DNA of 62,007 nucleotides from a virus. Lineage: Duplodnaviria > Caudoviricetes. The notes under the pieces were generated by a model. The model was not told where the DNA came from, did no database searches, and saw only the letters and a list, made by a program, of their open reading frames with translations. Made by a program: the position numbers and the translations under genes. The stretch lies in the IMG/VR virus record IMGVR_UViG_3300024979_000006, positions 1 through 62,007 of that record, one strand, 5' to 3'. Of this stretch, positions 47,701 to 54,600 are shown piece by piece (positions within the stretch are counted from its first letter, which is position 1; each line of letters starts with the position of its first letter).

Positions 47701-49671
47701 TTTATTTTCGCTGTAGGCGGCTACCGCATCTTTTATTTCAGTAACGGACGCCTTGACACCAATCTCGCCATTCTGAAACCACTTTGGATTAGGCGATTGC
47801 GAACGTTTACCGTCAGGTGTGCGATCTTGTTGAGAACCGGCACGTAATTCTTCGGCCATAGGTTTAATCGACGGATGATATTCACCCGTCGTTAATTCTG
47901 TTTTTTCACCTAACTGATTCTTACGCTTAATCTCAAAAACGGTTCGAGCAATATCTTTGTCCTCAAACGTTTGACCAGGAATTAAATCATCTTGCGTTTT
48001 TGCGTGAACAACAGAGTACGAACCATCATCGTTGAGGCGAGTTGTCGCTTGGTTTGGGTTTATTTTCGTTAAGTCTGGTTTTTCTTTTGGTTGCTCCTGC
48101 GTAATCTCCGAGGCAGGTTTTTCCTGTGCTACATTTTCCAATGTGGGGACAGTGGTTGCAGTAGGGGGTTCTTGGGGTGTCCATATCGGTTCCTCAGTTT
48201 CATTAGTAACGTTTCCTTCTTCGGGCGGCATATTAACCGGATTACTTCCGGGTGCAAGCGTACCTGTTCTTTGTTCTTCTGGTTGTGCTCGTATATCTTC
48301 TGTAGGTTCATTTTTTGGCGGTAATAATGCGGCGTATTGATTCAACGCGCGTTCGGTTACGTTTCTTAAATTGTCGTCAATTTCAGGATCTTGTAATACT
48401 GAACTTAACTCAGTGATTCGATCATTGATTAACTTGTTACGTTTTGCTGCAATGTCTGGATTATTGACTCGGTTGTTCCCCAGGCTTGTTTCCACTGGCA
48501 AAACTCCACTTCGCCCACCACGTACACCGCTGCCGCTGACAGTTGTTGCAACAATATTTCCTCGTTCCGGCTGTCCGTCACCCTGGCTAATAGTTGACCG
48601 TTCAGCCGCTTCATTGCTAGCAACAGTCTCATTTGTTCTTGATCCATTGTTTACCCCTCCGGCGGCTGCCGCTTGTGTAATAGGTCCGGTTATTGGCCGT
48701 TCCACTGGTAGTGTTTCTACAACTGGTGGTGGTGGTTGTTTTTTATACGTGGCTGGATCTAGCATCGCGGCTGCACCACCCAAGCCCGCACCTGCCACCG
48801 CACCTTGCGCTGCTGCTGAACCAGTGCCTTCCAGTAGCGGTTTATCTAACGCATAATTTTGAGCAACTTGCTCTTGCCATGATTGTGGGGCTTCTTGCAA
48901 TAATCCTTCCGATAACATTGCGCCACCAATATTCCGTAATGCACTACCTGTACCCGGTATGGTACGTCCACCACCGATTATATTTTGTACATCAGTCCAG
49001 CCCATTTTACGGGCTAACCGACCAGATGCACCCGCAATACCGCCCGATAATACCGCACTACCCACTAATGGTAATGTCTGTTTGACTGGATCAAGAATAC
49101 CACCAGGAGTTTCTTGCCGTGTTTGCTCAACGTTTTGACCGGCTATCGCTCCAACCTCAGATAACACACCTTTCTGTAATTGGCTCAATTTTGGATTAAC
49201 AATACCCGCGGCTTTACCAATTACAGAACTGGACGCCATGGGTAAAATTTGCCCTAAAATATCATGTGCCGCAACTGATGGATATTCGGCATACGATTTT
49301 AAACTTGGAATAAAACCTTCTGTATTATGTACCGCCTGATTAGCTTCTTGCTGTGCAGGGGAGTACATCGTATCGAGTTTCGCCTTCACCTCTTTTGGCT
49401 TGAAGTTTAATTGTTCTTCGGCAAATTTACCAACGCGACCACTGGTAGGTATATCAGCTAAACCGATAAATTGCTCCGGTACTGATATACCTGATTTCCA
49501 TAGCGTAACACCGACGTCACCCAAACGTCGCAATAAACTTGTCGCGGGTTTGGGTTTTATTTGTGGTAAATCTAAGTGTGGTATGACTGTACGCGGTTCC
49601 GCTGATTCAGGTAATTGCAGATTATCGTCTGGTTGAAAATCAGCGTAACTAGGAATAGCCATGTTATCCAC
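38770..49671 (-). CDS. Large polyvalent (virion-ejected) protein: zincin-like motif, two ART-PolyVal-like domains, further modules, LPD38-like C-terminus
   Basis: HELGVH (44488-44505); YHGT...G...Y..NPNQIRS (43989) and YHGT..GVFFT...SPSQIKSA.GN.G.F (42027); EIQS module; RIPKPFEIG. Confidence 0.88.
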   Translation of the reverse strand: MDNMAIPSYADFQPDDNLQLPESAEPRTVIPHLDLPQIKPKPATSLLRRLGDVGVTLWKSGISVPEQFIGLADIPTSGRVGKFAEEQLNFKPKEVKAKLDTMYSPAQQEANQAVHNTEGFIPSLKSYAEYPSVAAHDILGQILPMASSSVIGKAAGIVNPKLSQLQKGVLSEVGAIAGQNVEQTRQETPGGILDPVKQTLPLVGSAVLSGGIAGASGRLARKMGWTDVQNIIGGGRTIPGTGSALRNIGGAMLSEGLLQEAPQSWQEQVAQNYALDKPLLEGTGSAAAQGAVAGAGLGGAAAMLDPATYKKQPPPPVVETLPVERPITGPITQAAAAGGVNNGSRTNETVASNEAAERSTISQGDGQPERGNIVATTVSGSGVRGGRSGVLPVETSLGNNRVNNPDIAAKRNKLINDRITELSSVLQDPEIDDNLRNVTERALNQYAALLPPKNEPTEDIRAQPEEQRTGTLAPGSNPVNMPPEEGNVTNETEEPIWTPQEPPTATTVPTLENVAQEKPASEITQEQPKEKPDLTKINPNQATTRLNDDGSYSVVHAKTQDDLIPGQTFEDKDIARTVFEIKRKNQLGEKTELTTGEYHPSIKPMAEELRAGSQQDRTPDGKRSQSPNPKWFQNGEIGVKASVTEIKDAVAAYSENKPVTPKQTRILQGLSDIAVRNETGTDEAPNTKNQIERTVNPEILTMPKDLWTQKALKDWADKNPDADALARQTAGWQIRENYDSDLETAKAEESLLNSYTNNEIVNKPKVEAKREDVNVDSVVDDFMGAGQTNDVFGMTNPLENINKKPETAVPVQETIAQPPVAAPVNETPVQPPIAAPVQETTAQPPAAAPVQETTAQPPAAAPVQETLTLSQKINNAQQRAASNGISKNMRDANIYKKDIDSDITGKGKHNRLLVNQDPETGHIEIREDYQGLPMSTEQDRMQVANNTYQRMHGTGKKLNLVDAFDDGSSVWYRYSVDDAKKKLTAVQPPVAPAAPAVNLPVSETPAVNLPVNETPAVNLPVNETPAANTYASPSEAFRVLSSKTEAPHLIPSVYEVKGNSIVPREGVTIPDVTKITLKPKSARVNQRTGNVELVDTTTDGKPIFPGANFKSTTEARKFFKDTQAEQLRMNASVTPLTEDKRFDKKSPIVWKGETWTTVVNNVVDPKNLDVRLRKEPIYEVGKITGEPIGYSYKLTDGRRSTKIPDFVGQRIESLNRQSAIKQPIAKSDQSESTTGVNYSKEDLKPGGLKDQNDVYLSNYFDYDNQQGKRSFGGEHGAELARVEANAFKQATGKDFAIKQEGYADWNGLQKPVYRAVLDAPTTEATTMTKSNQLDFESSGKGLHYVTGQKAALEGEKRELPSYYTDAKHKNAKDWFKGYDAESKPAFDIPTLVEQYNASGRIATHHPGKKTISLDGGRSMPVKEAVIKMREVLAKPNDVKFSKSEETEQYGGEHRPPNSEEGAPAHNVSSNGIYPEDFYGQKGLSYYGTGQDTADRESYYALQSVKNKPNATVTVYRTVPKILTNSDKLDKLNGDMAAYIKRGTLPKDAHIKDGSKWYDWAYGERERLRNLPEEASVKTGINNGDWVTLSKTYAKEHGDSNLNGDYKIISKKVKASQLFTNGDSLNEFGYWTDDTKFSKSTTAATPHTKQTLRAAMDQEFSKSWVDSLLATGKVEFIGANDISRIAKYSNNGKAQAFFNPKNGVTYFIPENIDTTDNVRGLMLHELGVHALQLNRDSKEFQSILNDLNKLRETDKDVQAAFARVPENTPAAFVNEEVAAYLVQYHPKLSITQRIIAFIRSAIRKVFGDKFAFSLNTKDLVYMAQTALRSAPSTLNSQTTSGNETILKSAKAQGYKGTDAGEAEEWLRAKAKGLDMSQAARMERAKAMGFDVDRTYYHGTNQDIKEFDLDKQGASTFNNGWFGSGISVTKITNDAYAYALNAADRIGGNPVIYPLHIKKGNTFNINDSWEMNSKSELAEKLLKLTGWNETESEFLAQFHDVSGTQIEKQIKTINKKLEYFDHKYKFAPPEDFNNQADEKKYRSLVKQRKDLIEIGKTIVRTDVLKNTTLSFSDFLGDGGIGGNRVKEILSSNGYDSVSVKRQKANGNYVMDAEVTLFNPNQIRSINAAFDPDFKDSGNLLASNTTARFYSALRKGIMGAPDKAFTGNAQQTKLWLAGNMSKMGIKADEVYWTGLNDYLDSAGKGKVSKQDVLDYLNDNAVRVEDVVLDDDAKYADSNYTIPGGTNYKELVVTIPTVEKFDESDTTHFGDAGKGKQIAWMRFDTRGDGLLINEIQSLRLQAGRKDGFGKGVPPAPFVTNAQNKPSDAYISLLLKKAISQAIDDGKTSVAWSTGAQQADLYDLSKSISKVEYRGGDYQELMYVDNNDDTHVIPNVPEDKIADYIGKDAAKKLLESKPNENTGLRELSGSDLKIDSPWTHAMYGNENGLNAEGKPALITQAAREIVKKMGGEVDSVNGRPAIIITPEMKAKILGEGMPLFGIKNKTLMIDGKERSTLNSNGKPIAMTEEEVRNFYRWFGDSKVVDEQGRPLVVYHGTKSDIENGVFKKGVQPWDDGVFFTSSSSIAGGVYAGGSDTFNREGFLDALNKLPEEYFTRFIARMDSQFRRVSFIEYDYNLDEDREYTDAERRIAYADRINDMYDPEEGPGQVTDRIAGELGVNPNSPTTGANVIATYVALKNPLEINAKGDAFNHVQQAEWLEKARADGRDGVVILDYEDGGYGAFEYYTSAGRHNVYVAFSPSQIKSAIGNNGDFSTSNNDVRFSIMQDREIVTGDTNRQRTQEQLDAFKKTGRTVTEKSLKSQLQDMRKTFAKKWVQGVFDQFAPIKEISENGYMLSRLSKGSSGAFETFMRYGKLSINADGSYNSDTTGGVIKNVFAPIGKETHDFLWWVSANRAEKLLAEDRENLFDQPKIDALKTLSDGTLDFDYKLANGQTTRNRTDAYKDTLIKFNEFNKNALDIAEQSGLIDGAGRQFWENEFYVPFYRSMDDEAGVRGGDVKNGLIRQEAIKRLKGGSDKLNSDLLENTLMNWSHLIDASAKNRAAKATLEAAVNHGVAKQVASNMGEYVASNGTLLPPGTKKTVWYKDNGAKKEFVVDDPYVLAAISSLEYAGIKGGAMSVLGAFKSMLTMGVTASPFFKVRNLIRDSIQSIATGSGMSYNIGKNLKEGWQLTDKTNPEYVSALAAGGLIRFGTMLEGSESARTQQLIKLGNKEASILDNESKIRAFYDATLEPALAAYNELGNRGEEINRMSLYHQLRQQGVSEGQAALMARDLMDFSLQGTFSSIRILTKIVPFMNARLQGMYKLGKATNEDKARMATVVGAVTLASLALLTQYHDDDDWKKREDWDRDNYWWFKFGDTAYRIPKPFEIGALATLAERTAELMFDDEMTGQRFKERVAKVLGDQLAMNPIPQMIKPIIDLYANNDSFTGRPIETMGMERLEPQYRYRGDTTLVARELSKASNGTLSPVQIDHLTRAYFSWLGAFVMGGVDMAMRGVSDEPSRPASDLTKVLTGNMASSLKGARSRYVSQMYEQAKELEQAYGTYNNLKKQGKIAEAREFRSENKESILKYKSVEHVKQAVTKLNDIIRSVERSNQSPDAKRRRIEQLRNQQDRLSRKLN
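46595..46691. repeat. 30-bp tandem repeat (PAVNLPVNET)
   Basis: ~3.2 units seen directly. Confidence 0.9.
47074..47244. repeat. 39-bp tandem repeat (QPPAAAPVQETTA)
   Basis: ~4.4 units seen directly. Confidence 0.9.
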
Positions 49672-51685
49672 CTTGCTCTAACGATTGTTTAAGGGTTGAG
49701 TTATATAATTCAGGAAACCATTTGTATAAAAACTGCCTTGATTTCATTTTAGCAGCCTGGTTCTCGCTATCGAAATTTGATAACGCGGCCCGCACATCTT
49801 CGACATTTTCAGGTGGTATATTATCACCTTTACCTGCATTATTACCGCTTAATTTTGCCGACAATGCCTTAGCTTTCAAGCCATAATCTCTATCAGAATT
49901 TTCCTGTTTTTGACGTAATGCGGCTACACCCAAATTATTAGATTCTGGTAACTGTGCCGTATATCCACCACGTTCAGTAGTTCTCGAATGCCCACCATTA
50001 GGACCTTCTTCATACGTGTCTCTGGTGGCCGGATCAGACAATTCTTTTTGCATACGCATTTGCGCCTCGGCTTCCAATGCGTTAGTCAATGCTGCATCTT
50101 TCTCCGTATCGCCTGAATTGGTGAAGCGATCATGTCCCCAGGGTAACGTTTGAATCACACCCTCGCTAGCATTACGTCTGCCTGACTCTTGCCAATTCGC
50201 AATATCAGCCGGCTTCGTCCAGCCTCCGGTATATGATGCGGGCGTTTCGCTTAGTGCCGGTTTTACTGTTGACGTTTCGTTTAGTGCCGGTTTTACTGTT
50301 GACGTTTCGTTTAGTGCCGGTTTTACTGTTGACGTTTCGTTTAGTGCCGGTTTCTGAGTAATATTAGGTGTTGCTATAAATTTTTTAAGATTAGCACTCG
50401 CGTCAGTAATAAGCGTTTGTTGTCCTGGTGATACAATAGGTCCGTCTGGTTTCAAACGTTTTAATAATGCTTGTTGACCACTGGATATAGCAGGTTCAAC
50501 AACAGGTTGTTTTTTAATAATAGGGTCTTGTTGTTGCAAACCTGATATTGGATCAGGTTGTTTTGCAACTATAACAGGCGTATTGTTTGGTGTTGGATTG
50601 ATCACTTCACTCGTTGTATTTTTTACAACAGGTTTATTCGCAATAACGCTTATATCAGGAATCGCTTTACCAAACTTTTTATCAGGATCGTCACCCCAAC
50701 CCTTAGCCGCATGAACTTCACCATTCTCTATTTCCGGTTGCGTACCATGTCCGGTTGCATCCATAACCAACTTTTCAAAAAACTCAGGACCGCCAAAAAA
50801 TTCGACTTCTTCCGGCGTAAACTCAAATTCACCATTTGATATTTTGGCAGGCACTTCTTCACGACCACCCTCCGCTTGTTCTTCCTGTGTATCCTCCACT
50901 TCTGCCGCGTCTTTCAATTCCATTAGTTTTTCGTAACCAATGGCTTTGGCCGCGTCTGCTGGAATGATAAACGTACCTTCCGGCAACTGTGCTGGAATGC
51001 TATCAGATGTTTCTGTACCAGGACCGATTACCGGGCCACCTTCACGTAAACATTGCACACCTTTACCATATCCAACAGAACCGCCTTTGCTAAAGTTAAA
51101 TGGTGTTTTTTCTTGAGCAATACCGGCTTTTTCCTTAGCAGTTGCAATACCATGATTGATCTGATCACGCACTATGGGCTGATCCAGCACTTGACTTGCT
51201 GCCTGTACGCCCATTGGTACGGCGCCTGATGTATTCGGTAACGACGTTGCAAGTTTACTTATACCGGCTTTTATTGGCGAAACTGTTTGCGCTGGTATGG
51301 GTTGTGATTTTTGCAACCGTGCTTTCATCATATCGGCCGGATTCGCCGGATTCGCGCGTCCAGGCGTAGGCACTGGATTCTGCGGTGCGTTTCTCCAGAA
51401 CTCACGCGCTTGCGCCCTGGCTTCGCCACCACCCGCTAATTTAACCGCGAGTTTTCGCGCACAACCACCTTTACTAAACACCTGCTCTTTTTCCTTATCT
51501 TCGGGTTTATAATCAGGATTAGGAATCGTTGTGTAATTAAAATTAACACCTTCGCCATTACCACCGCCACCACCTTGATCATTACCCGGATCAAATTCAT
51601 CAGGATTCGTTTTTGTAATCTTATTGACGACTGTTAAACCAACGCGCCGGCCTGGATTTAAAATGTCTCGGTTAATATCTCTCAT
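49664..51685 (-). CDS. Putative DNA-ejection/internal virion protein
   Basis: Low complexity; GPGTETSDSIPA.L.EG.FIIP and ISNGEF motifs typical of injected or tape-measure proteins; position before the polyvalent gene. Confidence 0.7.
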   Translation of the reverse strand: MRDINRDILNPGRRVGLTVVNKITKTNPDEFDPGNDQGGGGGNGEGVNFNYTTIPNPDYKPEDKEKEQVFSKGGCARKLAVKLAGGGEARAQAREFWRNAPQNPVPTPGRANPANPADMMKARLQKSQPIPAQTVSPIKAGISKLATSLPNTSGAVPMGVQAASQVLDQPIVRDQINHGIATAKEKAGIAQEKTPFNFSKGGSVGYGKGVQCLREGGPVIGPGTETSDSIPAQLPEGTFIIPADAAKAIGYEKLMELKDAAEVEDTQEEQAEGGREEVPAKISNGEFEFTPEEVEFFGGPEFFEKLVMDATGHGTQPEIENGEVHAAKGWGDDPDKKFGKAIPDISVIANKPVVKNTTSEVINPTPNNTPVIVAKQPDPISGLQQQDPIIKKQPVVEPAISSGQQALLKRLKPDGPIVSPGQQTLITDASANLKKFIATPNITQKPALNETSTVKPALNETSTVKPALNETSTVKPALSETPASYTGGWTKPADIANWQESGRRNASEGVIQTLPWGHDRFTNSGDTEKDAALTNALEAEAQMRMQKELSDPATRDTYEEGPNGGHSRTTERGGYTAQLPESNNLGVAALRQKQENSDRDYGLKAKALSAKLSGNNAGKGDNIPPENVEDVRAALSNFDSENQAAKMKSRQFLYKWFPELYNSTLKQSLEQGG
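50243..50353. repeat. 30-bp tandem repeat (KPALNETSTV)
   Basis: ~3.7 units seen directly. Confidence 0.9.
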
Positions 51686-51697
51686 TACGGCAATCCT

Positions 51698-54600
51698 CTA
51701 TAAACTGTGTGACCATGTTTCACTGACTGAATTGTTTGACGATGTAGACCAACTCAAACCTGTATTTAATCCTGCATGTACTGATGCGCCATAGGATACT
51801 GACGAACTAAACGCGGCTATTAATGATGACTCAACTCGCGCCATATCGCCCATTGTTTTTAACGCAAGTTCTTTATTAGCCAGCATAGATGTGACATTAG
51901 CTTTCATCGACTCCATTTGATACTCGCCTTCAGCAATAACGAGCTTTATATCACTCTCTCGTATAGCTGTTTGTGCTCCGATTCTAGCAGTTTCACCTCG
52001 CACTTGCTCACTGAATATTTGCCCGTCTGCATTATATACAGCAGTTAAACCTTCGACTTGAGAAATCATGGCTTGTACGGATGATTTATACAAATTAACT
52101 TGGGAATCGTTATAGTCAGTCAAACTTTTCAACCTCGATGCTTCGGCTTCAACGGCTATACGATATGCCTCACTGATGTTTTTATTGCTTTCATTGCTAC
52201 TTTTCAAACGTTCTGATTCGGCTTCTACGACATAACGATATATTTCTGATGCAACTTTATTAATCTCTGAAATAGAACTGAGTCTCATGGATTCGGCTTT
52301 AACTTCTTCAGAGAATAGCGTTATCGCATTGGTATTAACATCACCCAATGATTTTAAACGGGTTGCTTCTGCATTTACCTGCACTTCAAATGATTGCAGT
52401 TCTAATTTGCTTTGTTCGACCAATGCGCTAACTCTGGCGCTTTCGGCTTCCGTCGCTACTTTATAAATATCAATCAGATTTTTATTATTTTCTCCAATCG
52501 TGCGTAATCGTTCAGATTCCACCGAAACGTTTGTTTTTGTTAAATCCATATACAAACGGTTAATCTCATTAACCGCCCCTGTGCGGGACGCTTCGGCTTG
52601 TACCAATGCTTTCAAAACTTCCGTTTGTGTTTGGTTTGCATCGCCGATTGCTTTTAACCTGGCGGCTTCGTGTTCAGTTTCAACGCGACTTGCTTCCAGT
52701 GATACTTTATTTGTATCGTTTAGCGCATTAACTCGCGCGGTTTCAGCTTGCACCAATGCAGTAAACTGGTTGGTATAATTTTCATTGGCTGATATAGCCG
52801 CACGTAACCGTTCGGTTTCTGCCGTTATTCCAAGTTTCTCAAATTCTATGAGAACCTTATTCATTTCGTTAATAATGCTGGAACGCTGGCTCTCGCTATC
52901 GACCAAAACTTTATAGATGTTAGTGGTAGCAAGGTTGTAATCGTTTAACGCGCTTACACGCGCTTTTTCAGCGTCTACGGATAACCGTACTACTTCAATG
53001 TTATCCTTGTTTGAATTACCAACGGCTGACACACGCGCACTCTCGGCGTCAACTTGCTTTGCGTAGACATTAACAATTGAACTGTTCGTATCTGCCAACG
53101 CTCGTAAACGTGTTGCTTCGCCATCCACGCCTTTGGTGTAAAATTCCATTAACACACGATTCGAGTCTGAAATAGACTGCACCCTGGCAACTTCAGCATC
53201 GACTTGAATCTTGAAAATATTCGTAGCAGTTTGGTTCGTGTCGCTCAAGCTACGTAAACGCGCGACTTCGGAATCGACCGATAAACGCGCCACCTCTACG
53301 TTCAATTTATTGATATCGCCAATAGATGCAACACGCGCCGATTCGCCCTCGATTACTGCCTTATACAGATTAACAACACTATCGTTTGAACGTGATATTG
53401 AATCGAGTCTTGATGATTCAGCCTGTACACCTGCTTTCATAACTTCCAGGTTTAAACGATTTATTTCGTTATACGCGGCGGTTCGTGCGCTTTCTGCGTC
53501 TACCAATGCCCGGTGAATCGTTGTTAAACTGGTATTGGTATCGTTCAGTATTTTTAAACGATCCAACTCGGCTGTAATTTCAGCCTCATATTTTTTCAAC
53601 ACTAATTCACTAAGCGACGTTAATGTCGATAGTCTTGATTGTTCGCTATCAATACCGATGCGGTACAACTCGCTTATCACACGATTCGAGTCATTTAAAC
53701 TAGCTATTCGTTTTGATTCAGCGTCTATCTGTGCGTTATAAATCTGAATTTTTGCTGTGTTACTGGTGTTCAATGCTGCAATTCTTTGTGTTTCAACTTC
53801 TGTAGTTAATCTGGCAATATCCACATTTAGTCTATTCAACTCATTAATCGCACCAATTTGTTTTGAAATAGCGTCCGTTGTCGCACCATACGCTGTTATA
53901 TCGGCTTGATATAATTGTGTCTCTGAATCGAGTCTTGCTTTTTCAGCGTTTGTTAATTCTGCAAATATACGGGTAGTTGCGTCGTTGTATGAATTTAACG
54001 CATCTAAACGTGATGTTTCTGAACCTATCCTCGCCTTAAATATATCGACCTGTTTTGCTAAAACGTCAAGCGGGACATCAAACGCAACCTTAATATCTTG
54101 CTCACGTTTCTTTAATTCAAATTCCCCACCTGTTGACCAGGCATCTATTTGAGTTTTGAAATTGTTGGATACAGAATCATACGCCCTGAACTTCATTTCT
54201 TCGCCGGTCCATTGCGCCTTGTAGCCATCCCATTCGACTTGTTTTGCTGATAGCAACGCAGAGTAACGTGTTATGGAATCACGGAACTGTTCAAGCAACA
54301 ATGCGTCACTTTGAATTTGCGTTTTAACTTCTTCCAGTTCTGACTTATACAACTCGAATAACGATACCACCGTACCAACACGGGTTTTATATCGCTCTAG
54401 CAACTGTTCATTGAGTGTGCCAATTAACCGCTGTGCTTCTAATTCAATTCGGTATTTTTCAAGTTTATTGATCTCGGTCCGTGTCAGCGTTTCATAAACC
54501 TTGGCTTTTGTTTCATATAGCAATACTGCTGCATTTAGATACGAAACTTTCAGGTTATACAAACTGATTGCGGATTCAACTAAATATTTGGCCGCTTCTA

